Position numbers and translations under genes: made by a program. DNA of 63,669 bases, the filler included, from Welwitschia mirabilis (Eukaryota): assembly GCA_051453625.1 (NCBI GenBank). It is 5 parts of one record of this genome, joined end to end, with 100 filler letters (N's around TTAATTAATTAA, not from the genome) between each part and the next. Parts side by side here need not be neighbours in the genome. Positions count along the whole stretch, not along the records: positions 36,161 to 59,949 come from JBOZIK010000001.1; 4 more parts are not named here. One strand, 5' to 3'. Below the pieces are notes generated by a model. The model did not search any database, was not told the DNA's origin, and saw nothing but the letters and a program-made list of their open reading frames with translations. Below are positions 40,857 through 53,518 of this stretch, piece by piece; positions within the stretch are counted from its first letter, which is position 1; each line of letters opens with the position of its first letter.

Positions 40857-42140
40857 TAAAGGACTTAAACCCCTAGAGGGGGAGGTGAATAAGATTTTAA
40901 AAATTAAACAAACATATTCACAAGCTATCTTTACAAGAAATGAATACTAAAATATTTATGCCAATGAAAAACTAAAAATAGTCTAAAAGTAAAGAAGTGA
41001 AAGCACAAAGGTACCAATGGAGATGTACACACGATTTATAGTGGTTCGGGAAATCCCCTAGTCCACTCTCAATAATTCACTTCTACCTAAGCCTGATCTA
41101 GATATTTATTAATTACTTTTTAACTATTCCAATTTCAGCTATAACCTTTATAATTGGACTTTTCTGAGGCTCAGTCTTAATCTTTAGAAAGAATGCAATG
41201 CAGTGATAATTACATGCCGTAATGCATAGGTTCTACAAGATCTCTAGCTCAAGAATGATATTGCTACACTACTTGAGATAATAATACAATCCATAAACAT
41301 ACAGTGCAATTAATTGACCAAGTACAAATGATGACAATAACTATTTATCCATCGTTAATTAGATAGAGGATGTGCCAATGAGTTCTACAATGATTCCAAA
41401 AGTGATGTAAAAGTGATATAGTGAGTTTGACTCTTGGCAAATATATAAAAGAAGCTTTTTAAGGTTTTTACAAGTGAAAAAACTCTCCAACGGATACAAA
41501 CGATGCTTAAATGGCTAGAAAAGGACCATTTTCGTCATGACCGATTGAGCCCTCAAAATGTCTAGTCGACTCCATCTGGTATTATTACTAAAATATGTTA
41601 TCTTCATTTTCTTCTAATCAACTCCTATTTCTTATTGCTCTATGCCCGATTAACCCCTTAGGGTCCATCGATTATATATCTGGTAGCTCGCATATTCATC
41701 TAGTCAACTCCATGTCTAGGGAAAATTGTAAAACTATTTTACTGTCTAGGTCTGAGTAACTCTACAAAAGTTTGGTTGACTCCTGGAGAATAAAGGATGG
41801 AAACATTTACTTCAGGTCTAGTTAACCCTTTTGAAATCTGTTCAGCCCCTTAATGGTCAGATGCAAAAGATTTGATACTCAGATCTAGTTGATCCCTCTA
41901 GAATCTGGTCAACCCCTTAATGATTAGATTTTAACACACTAAGACTCAGGTTTAGTTGATCATTTAGGAGTCTGATCAACTCCTTAGAGGGTATGAAAAC
42001 TATCAGGTTTAGGAAGGATTTGTGATAAAATGTTTTAGCTTTTGACTTGCAAGGATTAATATTTCTTGCATAAGATACAACATGTTTTACTAAATAGCAA
42101 ATGTTATTTTGACATTAACTTGGCAAATATTAACTCAACA
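40857..42140 (-). mobile_element. Sirevirus-type solo LTR inserted in the gypsy 5' LTR
   Basis: CCTAGAGGGGGAGGTGAATAAG and GATTTATAGTGGTTCGGG motifs; TCTAGTCGACTC-type repeat array; ends TCAACA; TSD GTTGC/TTTGC. The uninterrupted site is seen in the sister LTR at ~55550. Confidence 0.88.
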
Positions 42141-44464
42141 TTTGCTTTATAAGTAGATGTTAATTCAAGATTAATACAAAGACTACTTCACTTCTATTAT
42201 GTGCATATCCATTATGATTTAAGCTACTTATAATTTTGTGATAGCTTCATAATTGATCTAGATCATAAGGAGAACCTTTAAAGTTGACACTATTAGTTTA
42301 GATCTTGCATTCATTTCATATTACATTTTCATAATTGCATATTCTATTTGATGTATCTTATAAGTTATATTGGTTAGGGTTAAGTGATATTTTTTTAATT
42401 GATCTAAATTATAAGGATTAATTTTAATGACAAGAAGATTGATAGTTAAATAAATTGATTATTCATTGCATTTGCATTTCATCATCATTCCTCTTGCATT
42501 ACATTTGCATTATTTCTTATTTTCATTTACTAAAAGAAAGAAGACTAAAAATACTTTGTTGAAATAAATTCTCTAACTTCTAACCTTAGTGTCTTTAATA
42601 GATTATAACATTTAAATTGACTCCTATCTATACTGGTGTGTATTTTTTTTGGCAAAAATTTGTGATCTCCAGGTTTTATCTACTTAAGGATTGCATAAAT
42701 TTTCACGGTAACATTTTGACATCATTACTAGGAAAGGCCACAAGGAGTCAAAGGATTATCACTATTTAGATAAGTACCTTGCATTTTAATTTAAGTTATT
42801 TATCTATATAGTTCTATATTTTTACTGTAGATTCCATACATTTACTTTTCACAATTTTTATTTTGATAGTTTTCATAAATCCTTGTCATCCTATCTTTTG
42901 TCTAGATGAGAGTATGGACGATAGTTATTTTTTCATGCTTTTCTATTCTTTCACAAAATATTTTTTATTTTTTGATAGTGTAATAAAGTTAACATCATCT
43001 TGTTTGTTGTCCAGATGATCTATAGATTTGGTTTTTTTTCCTGATTTTCTGTAGTCATCCTTTTTTTTTTTGGTGCAAAATAACTAAGTCATCCTTCATA
43101 TCATCCAGGTGACTCAGAATATAATGAAATTATGCATCTTTTAAGTGTTAAAAATCTAAAGAATTCTAATAAAAAGATGAAACATTAAAAGAAACAGAGC
43201 TGATCTCCACCTTGTACTTATCTTCCTTACCATCTGATTAGATTCTCTTATTTTATTCTTCCTAATTATGTAATAAATAGTAATAAAAGTATCCTTGGGG
43301 AAATTCTTTCTAAAAGGTGGAGAAACTTAAGAAATTTTGAGGAAAATGTAAAAGAATACTTTGAAAACTTCTTACATAAAGAAGGAGGATAACACAAAAT
43401 AATGTTAAAACTAGGAATTAGGCCCCCTCATTTTTCCAACCTTCTTATTTATCCCATTCTTCTTTTCAAACTTCATATAAAAATAATAACAAAAATTTTC
43501 AACATTTTAGGGATTCAACCTCATTTAAAGAAACATTTTAAAATCATTTTAGTCAATCCCCTCCATCTCCCATGAATTACTATGACGAAGATCCACCTTT
43601 TATGATCTACTATAAGAAAGAAAATGGTTTAATAAAAGAAATTATTGATAAAAGGAAGAAGAGGCAAAAAGATACCAATAAGAACCTAGAAAACTTAATT
43701 GAAATCCTTTAACAAATAATGTTACAAAATCAAGGTTCTTTTGTAGTGCAGCATCCACAAACCTATCCTACTACATCCTACATAAAGGAAAATGAGGAGA
43801 ATTTAGGAACAACTGATAATGATTCTTGCTTTTAAATAGAAGATAAGCTTTTAAATCAAAATTCAAAATCCTTAATAGATGGCCAAATGGAAGACAATAA
43901 TGACTCAACTCAATTTTTCAACAATGAGGATGATTATTCATTAAATGATGACATTGACGTATTAGATTAAATCCTTGCCATTTATTTACTGCTAGAAAAT
44001 CTTGATGAGGACTCCATCCATAAAGAATCCAAAAACTTTTTGATCTATGATTAAGATAATGTTTACATTTCTCTTGATGGCCTTTTTAATAAATCCAACA
44101 ACTTAGAAAATGAGAGCAATACTCGACAAGAGAAGGAAGATATAGTTAAAAATAATAATGAGAAAAGTGAAGAAATAATTCAACAAAATAATGATGAAGA
44201 CAATAATGAAGGAAAGAGATTTGGTTCAAATTAAATAAGCTTTGCTAGGGTTTTAAAGCTCTGCTAGGTTTTAATGAATCTGAAGCGTAAGAGGGTGTAA
44301 GGCTTCGAGGGCCACAGATCAGTGGGGGTGGTTTCAATCCCTGGTCATGTAATGCAGGGGCAATTTCAGTTGTCAGACAATCATTCTATAGGTAAGTTGT
44401 GGGCTTTTTTTATTTAGCAGTTCTAGTCCATTTTTAGGATTTTTTTTAGGGGTTTAGCCCCAAT

Positions 44465-45826
44465 ATGAAGAATACTCAGTTCTCAAGGAAAGAGAAATTC
44501 CTTGTATTGGACATCGACGAAGATGTCTATAGTGAGATTAAGAAGAAACTCAGATACAGTCTAATCAGAAAGTTTGTATCTTCCAGTTCTCGACCAAGGT
44601 TAGATTGGATTTATGAATGGGTTGCTACTAAATGGATAGGAGTTAGCAAAGTTGATGTTATTGCAATGTTGGAAGGGTTCATGTTATTTCAACTAGAAAA
44701 CAAACAAGATCAGGATGAAATAATCATAAGAGGATCTTAGGTTTTTAGGTTTCATGGCCTTGCCCTAGCCAAATGGATGCCGATGACATAACCAGACCTG
44801 AATCTATTTAAGAAACTTCCAATCTAGATCCGCATCCACAAGTTCTCATTGGAATTTTGGGATGAAGATCTATTAAGAAGAATGGCAGCNNNNNNNNNNN
44901 NNNNNNNNNNNNNNNNNNNNNNNNNNNNNNNNNNNNNNNNNNNNNNNNNNNNNNNNNNNNNNNNNNNNNNNNNNNNNNNNNNNNNNNNNGGACAGGAGTT
45001 AGCAAAGTTGATGTTATTGCAATGTTGGAAGGGTTCATGTTATTTCAACTAGAAAATAAACAAGATCGGGATGAAATAATCATAAGAGGACCTTGGGTTT
45101 TTAGGGTTCATGGCCTTGCCCTAGCCAAATGGATGCTGAGGGCATAATCAGACCTGAATCTGTTTAAGAAACTTCCAATCTAGATCCGCATCCACAAGTT
45201 CTTATTGGAATTTTGGGATGAAGATCTATTAAGAAGAATGGCAGCTTAGTTTGATGAACTCATCAAATTTGACAAGATCACTATTAAACAAATAAGATTA
45301 GTATTAGCTAGATTTTGTGTTTGGATGAGCCTAGAGGATACCAAGAAGCTTCGATCTATAAAGTTTAGATCTAAATAGGGTATTTGTGATATTAACATCA
45401 CCTATGAGAATCTTTCGATCCCTTGCATAATCTATGAAAAATTAAGACATTTCTCAAGAAGATGTGCTCCTCCTGAAAAGAAATGTTTACATTGTGAAAA
45501 ATTGAGTCATCTAAGAGAAGAATGTCGAAAAAGATTGATTGATATTGAAGAAAAGGCAAAGGAAACCTATACTTTTCATAGGAAAACTGGTCACAATCAG
45601 AACATATGCCACCATAAGTAAAGGAAGGGATAAATTAAAAAGAGTACTACTATTTTTCCCAAGGACAGTAAGAAAAAGAAAGCACCAAAACTAGAGCATA
45701 ACCCCTTTCAACCTCTTGTGAAAGAAAATAATACCCAACAACCTCTAAATGATGATGAACCTAACGAAGTGGAAATCCAAACAAAGGAAAGGCCTAGCAA
45801 TAGAACTCTCCAAGAATGATAAATAA
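44465..45826 (+). pseudogene. LINE ORF1 (DUF4283-like domain plus CCHC zinc knuckles)
   Basis: LIRKF..RPRLDWIYEW..W...GFMLF...D.DEII..GPWVF..GLALAKW; LPI*IRIHKFLLEFWDE; CLHCEKLSHLREEC at 45484. Confidence 0.85.
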
Positions 45827-46720
45827 NNNNNNNNNNNNNNNNNNNNNNNNNNNNNNNNNNNNNNNNNNNNNNNNNNNNNNNNNNNNNNNNNNNNNNNNNN
45901 NNNNNNNNNNNNNNNNNNNNNNNNNNNNNNNNNNNNNNNNNNNNNNNNNNNNNNNNNNNNNNNNNNNNNNNNNNNNNNNNNNNNNNNNNNNNNNNNNNNN
46001 NNNNNNNNNNNNNNNNNNNNNNNNNNNNNNNNNNNNNNNNNNNNNNNNNNNNNNNNNNNNNNNNNNNNNNNNNNNNNNNNNNNNNNNNNNNNNNNNNNNN
46101 NNNNNNNNNNNNNNNNNNNNNNNNNNNNNNNNNNNNNNNNNNNNNNNNNNNNNNNNNNNNNNNNNNNNNNNNNNNNNNNNNNNNNNNNNNNNNNNNNNNN
46201 NNNNNNNNNNNNNNNNNNNNNNNNNNNNNNNNNNNNNNNNNNNNNNNNNNNNNNNNNNNNNNNNNNNNNNNNNNNNNNNNNNNNNNNNNNNNNNNNNNNN
46301 NNNNNNNNNNNNNNNNNNNNNNNNNNNNNNNNNNNNNNNNNNNNNNNNNNNNNNNNNNNNNNNNNNNNNNNNNNNNNNNNNNNNNNNNNNNNNNNNNNNN
46401 NNNNNNNNNNNNNNNNNNNNNNNNNNNNNNNNNNNNNNNNNNNNNNNNNNNNNNNNNNNNNNNNNNNNNNNNNNNNNNNNNNNNNNNNNNNNNNNNNNNN
46501 NNNNNNNNNNNNNNNNNNNNNNNNNNNNNNNNNNNNNNNNNNNNNNNNNNNNNNNNNNNNNNNNNNNNNNNNNNNNNNNNNNNNNNNNNNNNNNNNNNNN
46601 NNNNNNNNNNNNNNNNNNNNNNNNNNNNNNNNNNNNNNNNNNNNNNNNNNNNNNNNNNNNNNNNNNNNNNNNNNNNNNNNNNNNNNNNNNNNNNNNNNNN
46701 NNNNNNNNNNNNNNNNNNNN

Positions 46721-49700
46721 TAAATCCAAATGGCTCATCCTAGATGACTTCAATTAATGTATTAATTGCTAATAAAAATCAAAGAGTGTTAACTAGAATT
46801 CTAGAGATGCCTCAATACTAAAAGAATTTTTGACAAGATACTCCCTCATAGATGTTCCTATTGCTAGGTTCAAGCATACGTGATCAAATAGAAGAGTAGG
46901 TATAGATCTGATAATGTCCAAGATTGACAGAATTCTAGCTAGGAAGGATCTAGCTAAACTTTCATTTAAAAACTATGGTCTGAATAGGATTGCTTTGGAC
47001 CATCATCCTATCAAACTCAGAATGGGAATGATTTCGCCCCAGAAAACTTCATTTCGTATGGAACAATATTGGATTAACCGGAGAAAAACTAGAATGCTGT
47101 TAGAAAAAATATGGGCACAGTATAATGGGACTTAATCATAACTTTTTTGTATAAGGGCCTTAATACCCTAAAGGCTTACACAAGAGATTGTAGAAGGAAA
47201 GATAAAGAGAGGTTTGAATAAAAAACTGAGCTTGAAGAGGAAATCAAAAGAATCCAAACTGAGTAGGAGGAGGAAGATAATTAGGATAGTCTACAGAATA
47301 GAAAATATTAATGTCTAATGGATCTCTAAAAAATAAATGCTAATGAAGAACATTACTGGAGAGAATGCTCAAGGATCAAATGGCTAAAAGAGGGTGATAA
47401 ACATACTAGATTCTTCTTCCAGCAGGTCAACCAGCATAGATCAAATAACAGGATTAGAAGACTATCCATAGGAGATCAAATCACAGAAAATGAAGAGGTA
47501 TAGCTAAGGAATTATAGGCCCATCTTAAGAGAATCTGGGAATGGAATGATATTGTGCCTGACTTAATTCTAGAAAATAAGAAAATCTTTAGTGAAGATAA
47601 CTATATGTTAACTAAACCTCTAAGTAGAGAAGAGATCTTATTTATTATCAGATCCATGATGAATAAATGATCCCTTAGCCCTGATGGTTAGACAATCAAA
47701 CTTTTCAAATCCCACTTCTCCATCTTAGGGGGTAACCTTCACGATGTGATGTAGAAAGTCCTCTATAATAGATGGATTCCTAGGGAAATGAATAGAATTA
47801 AAATGGTACTTATACCAAAAAAAAAGAAATGCTAGCAAACTAGAGGATTTCAAGCCTCTAAGTGTTTATGATATTATTTACAAAATTTTTATGAAAATTA
47901 TGGTTGACTGAATTGCCCTTTGCTTTACAATGTGATTTCAGAGAGCTACGTCGGCTTTATCTGATTCAGGTATATCCAAGACCAAATCCTCTTGACCTAT
48001 GAGATGATTCACTCTGTTTAAAAATACAAATTTCCTCTTCTTATTACTAAATTAAATATCGCTAAAGCTTACAATTCGATTAGTTGGTAATCATTAGGGT
48101 GTATTCTTAGAAAAATAGGCTTTTCTCAATATATTATTAATCTCTGGCTAGACATGCAGGCTTCTGCCAAATTTAGTGCGGAGGTCAACAACCATAGATC
48201 AAATTTGTTTTCAGTAGGAAGAGGGCTGAGACAAGGGGATCCCATATCCCCATACCTTTTTGTTTTTGTGATGAATGCATTACAGGTTTTCTTAAGAAGG
48301 AACAGAGTTACAGGAGTTAGAATTGAAGGCCAAACCTTTCTCAACAATCACTATGCAGACGACGCCATCATTATGACTAGGGCATCATGTCAGCAAGCAA
48401 AAGCAATCAAAAATGCCATGAACACCTTTGTAGAGGCAACAGGGTTAAACATTAACTTGAACAAATCAAGAATACACACTTTGGGCAGAAAATGTATCAA
48501 AGGAGGCGAAATCACTCGAATCCTGAGTACAAAGTTAGGATATCTACAGGATATCTACCTGAGTATCCCTCTTCGAAATTTCTACAAGATAAATAACTGA
48601 AATTACATCTTGGAATCCATCCAAAGGCGGTGCAACTCATGGCAAAATAACTTTCTCTCCTCCAAAGTTAAAATCATTCTCACAAACTCTTGCTTAATTT
48701 CCTCCTTTCGATACATAGCTTCCGTTATCGCGCAAGAAATATCATACAAAAAATCAACAAGATCTTAAAGAATTTTATGTGGTCAGGAGGAAAGGATCAC
48801 CATGAAATTCATCTCTGCAAATAGGAGACTATTGCCTGCCCAAAGGAATCAGGAGGTTGGGGGATTCATAAACCCGAAGATTGCATCCTCCCTAGATCAT
48901 ATAGAATTTTAAAGAGATTTCAAAAAGGGGGTCAGCCCTGGTGTAATTTGATTAATTACAAATATAAGGATTGAACAATTGATCATAGGGAGTTCTATCT
49001 AAAGAAACATCTTAGTAAAGTTTGACAACAACTCATTGACTTAAATATTTATTGGTCTGATTTAACTAAGTAGATCCTTTTAAAGAAGTATGAAAAACAA
49101 GATGCATACAAGAAGTATTGGAAGGGACAGATTCCAGAAAAAATTAAGGTTTTTTGCCGGTTAAAAGATCACCAGAGAATTTTAACTAAAGACCAATTAC
49201 TCAAAAGGGGATTTCAAGTAGACTTTAACTGTCCCATCTGCCAGTCNNNNNNNNNNNNNNNNNNNNNNNNNNNNNNNNNNNNNNNNNNNNNNNNNNNNNN
49301 NNNNNNNNNNNNNNNNNNNNNNNNNNNNNNNNNNNNNNNNNNNNNNTAAATGATCCCTTAGCACTGATGGTTAGACAATCAAACTTTTCAAATCCCACTT
49401 CTCCATCTTAGGGGATAACCTTCACAATGTGATGTAGAAAGTCTTCTATAATAGATGGATTCCTAGGGAAATGAATAGAATTAAGATGGTACTTATACCA
49501 AAAAAAAAAGAAATGCTAGCAAACTAGAGGATTTCAAGCCTCTAAGTGTTTGTGATGTTATTTACGAAATTTTTATAAAAATCATGGTTAACTGAATTGC
49601 CCCTTGCTTTCCAATGTAATTTCAGAGAGATACGTCGGTTTTATCTGATTCAGGTATATCCAAGACCAAATCCTCTTGACCCATGAGATGATTCACTCTA

Positions 49701-52260
49701 TTTAAAAATACAAATTTCCTCTTCTTATTACTAAATTAAATATCACTAAAGCTTACAATTCGATTAGTTGGTAAGCATTAGGGTGTATTCTTAGAAAAAT
49801 AGGCTTTTCTCAAGATATTATTAATCTCTGGTTAGACATGTAGGCTTAAGCCGAATTTAGTGTGGAGATCAATAACCATAAATCAAATTTCTTCTCAGTA
49901 GGTAGAGGATTGAGACAAGGGGACCTCCTATCCCCATACCTTTTTCTTTTTGTGATGAATGTGTTAAAGGTTTTCCTAAGAAGGAACGGAGTTATAGGAA
50001 TTAGAATTGGAGGCCAAACCTTTCTCAATAATTACTATGTCGATGACACCATCATTATAACCAAGGCATCATATCAGCAAGTAAAAGTAATAAAAGATGC
50101 TATGAACGTATTTGCAGCAGCAATAGGGTTGCACACAAACTGGAACAAATCAAGAATCCACACTTTGAGTAGAAAATGTCTCAGAGGAAGTTAAATCACC
50201 CAAATCCTGAGTACAAAGTTAAGAGACCTATAGGATATCTACTTGGGTATTTCTCTTTGAAATTGGCATAAGACCAATACCTGGAATTACATCTTGGAAT
50301 CCATCCAAAGGCGGTGCAACTTATGAAAAAATAACTTTTTTTCNNNNNNNNNNNNNNNNNNNNNNNNNNNNNNNNNNNNNNNNNNNNNNNNNNNNNNNNN
50401 NNNNNNNNNNNNNNNNNNNNNNNNNNNNNNNNNNNNNNNNNNNACCTAGAACAAATCAAGAATCCACACTTTAAGTAGAAAATGTCTCAGAGGAAGTTAA
50501 ATCACCTAAATCCTGAGTACAAAGTTAAGAGACCTACAGGATATCTACTTGGGTATTTCTCTTCGAAATTGGCATAAGACCAATACCTGGAATTACGTCT
50601 TGGAATCCATCCAAAGGCGGTGCAACTTATGAAAAAATAACTTTTTTTCATTCAAAGCTAAAATCATTCTTACAAACTCTTGCTTCCTCCTTCCGGTACA
50701 TAGCTTTCTTATTGCCCTCTGAGAAATATCATCCAAAAAATTAATAGAATCTTAAAGGATTTTATTTAGTCAGGAGGAAAGGATTACCACAGAATTCATC
50801 TCTGCAAATGGAAGACTATTGCTCACCTAATAGAATCAGGGNNNNNNNNNNNNNNNNNNNNNNNNNNNNNNNNNNNNNNNNNNNNNNNNNNNNNNNNNNN
50901 NNNNNNNNNNNNNNNNNNNNNNNNNNNNNNNNNNNNNNNNNCTTCTAGTACATAGCTTTCTTGTTGCCCTCTGAGAAATATCATTCAAAAATTAATAGAC
51001 TCTTAAAGGATTTTATTTAGTCAGGAGGGAAGGATTACTACAGAATTTATCTCTGCAAATGGGAGACTATTGCTCGTCCAATAGAATCAGGGGATTGGAG
51101 GATTCAAAAACTAAAAAATTACTTCCTCACTAAAGCACATAGAATATTAAAGAGAACGCAAAAAGGAGGTTAGNNNNNNNNNNNNNNNNNNNNNNNNNNN
51201 NNNNNNNNNNNNNNNNNNNNNNNNAGGGAGTCCTGCCTTAGGAAACACCTCAACAAATCTCAACAACAATTCATTGACTTAAACATTTGTTAATCTGATT
51301 CAATTAAGCAGATCCTACTAAAGAAGTATGAAAAAGAGGATACATACAAAAAGTATTGAAAGGGACAGATTTCAGAAAATATTAAGGTCTTTTGTTGGTT
51401 AAAAGCCCATCAGAGAATTTTAACTAGAGATCAGTTACTCAAAAGAGAATTTCAAGTGGATTCAAACTGTCCCATCTACCAGTCTAATCCAAAAATAGTA
51501 CAACATCTATTTCATCACTACTTTTGGAGCAAAGAATTAATCTTCATTATGACGAAGTACTATCAAAATTACAACGCCCTTTACATGCATTTATTGGATG
51601 GGAACCACCTCATATTTTGGCATATTTATAGATCAGAAATAATCTGTTTTTTAATAATGTCCGCTTCCTTTTCTTATAAATATAGCCAGGAGGATTATNN
51701 NNNNNNNNNNNNNNNNNNNNNNNNNNNNNNNNNNNNNNNNNNNNNNNNNNNNNNNNNNNNNNNNNNNNNNNNNNNNNNNNNNNNNNNNNNNNNNNNNNAG
51801 GGAGTCCTACCTTAGGAAACACCTCAACAAAGCTCAACAATAATTCATTGACTTAAACATCTGTCAATATGATTTAATCAAGCAAATCCTACTAAAGAAG
51901 TATGAAAAAGAGGATACATACAGAAAGTAGTAGAAGGGACAGATTTCAGAAAATATTAAGGTCTTTTGTTGGTTAAAAGACTATCAGAGAATTTTAACTA
52001 GAGATCAATTACTCAAAAGAGAATTCCAAGTGGACTTAAACTGTCCCATCTACCAGTCCAATCCAAAAATAGTACTACATCTATTTCATCACTACTTTTA
52101 GAGCAAAGAATTAATCTTCATCATGATGAAGTACTATCAAACTTACAACGCCCCTGACATGCATTTATTGAATGGGAACTGCTTAATATTTTGATAGATT
52201 TATAGATCAGAAACAATCTGATTTTCAATAATGTCCCCTTCCTTTTCTTATAAACATATT
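46721..52260 (+). pseudogene. LINE ORF2 (AP endonuclease, reverse transcriptase, zf-RVT)
   Basis: WLILDDFN, SKIDRIL, ALDHHPI (APE); GLRQGDPISPYLF and HYADD (RT, 48154-48600; second copy 49862-50194); WKGQIPEKIKVF..L...RILTKDQL..C (zf-RVT). Confidence 0.93.
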
Positions 52261-52290
52261 NNNNNNNNNNNNNNNNNNNNNNNNNNNNNN

Positions 52291-53518
52291 CAAATGAAAG
52301 TTGTGATGGGAGCCATGCCAATAATTAAGTCTTCTGACTCAAGCCTCTTTGAAGGATGCCATGCTCTATGGGAGAAAGTGCAAGCGATGGGATGGGGACC
52401 TCTTCTGCATAAGCTTGAAGGAGACCAAGGGGCTGATATCATTCGCTTTTATAGATGATGGAGAGGAGGATGCATTACATTCTAAAGAATTCCAATAGAA
52501 ATCACTGAAGACTCCTTCTTCAANNNNNNNNNNNNNNNNNNNNNNNNNNNNNNNNNNNNNNNNNNNNNNNNNNNNNNNNNNNNNNNNNNNNNNNNNNNNN
52601 NNNNNNNNNNNNNNNNNNNNNNNNNNNNNNNNNNNNNNNNNNNNNNNNNNNNNNNNNNNNNNNNNNNNNNNNNNNNNNNNNNNNNNNNNNNNNNNNNNNN
52701 NNNNNNNNNNNNNNNNNNNNNNNNNNNNNNNNNNNNNGCTTTTGTCAAAGTTCTTGACTTAGGGCATCAAGTAAATCTGCTATGCTTTTTCATTCAAGTT
52801 CTTAAATGCAAGGATTTCTCAAAGCACTTAGGCTTAGTCTTGGTCCTTTAGAGAGCATCACAAGAAATCAGGGTGAGAGAAGATCATCCTCCTTCTCTCG
52901 TTATGGTTTTTACTAGACTTCCCCTAAGAGAACCTCCAAAAAAAGAACCTCTTTCAAAAGGAAACTGCTACGTCTGGAAGTCCTAGTAAGAAAGGGATGA
53001 CATTACTCCTAGGTCATTCAGGGAAGATGTCTTCGCTTCCTGCCCAAGAGAAGATAGTTAAGGAGCCTAACTTCAGCTCAGCCCAGGAACCTGCTTAGAA
53101 TCAATTGTTATCCAACTCTTAGGAGCAAAATAAGCATGCTTAAACTTCCCCTACTTCAGCCTTAGGCCCCAGCTCTCTATAAAACTCCACTTCAAATTCT
53201 TCTTTAGTTGAAATCTGACCTCAACCACAAGATGACATGGATATGAAGGCTGCTAAATGGGAAGTTTTATTGGCAACCATTCAAGGGTTGAATAGATGTC
53301 CCTTCATCACATTGGGACTCTCTCACAGAGCCCTCCCTCAGGCTATTAAATTGAGCTACATAAAGAAGGCCCTATGACTACATCTAGATAAAAATCTAGT
53401 AGGTGCTAAAGAATTTAAGGAGATAAATTAAGCATTTGAGGTTCTCTTTGATAATTTGAGTAGATTTCTTCTCAACCATAATTATGGTAACATGTTCCCT
53501 TTTTGTAGAGGGCTTTAA
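52291..53518 (+). pseudogene. Extra LINE coding region (ORF3 or ORF2 extension): retrotransposon accessory-type domain, S/P/Q linker, C-terminal J-domain
   Basis: Manual translation: ...LWEKVQAMGWGPLLHKLEG..DIIRFYR*W..IPIEITED [gap] VLDLGHQVNLLCFFIQVL...HLGLVLVL, then one frameshift in the A7 run (~52938-52944), a linker and the J-domain. Stops in the linker and J-domain are each one C>T from CAA/CAG/CGA. Confidence 0.7.
53297..53479 (+). pseudogene. DnaJ/Hsp40 J-domain (decayed)
   Basis: [59 protein letters not shown] aligns almost without gaps to the J-domain consensus. HLD (CAT CTA GAT, 53381-53389) is one C>T from HPD. Confidence 0.88.
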
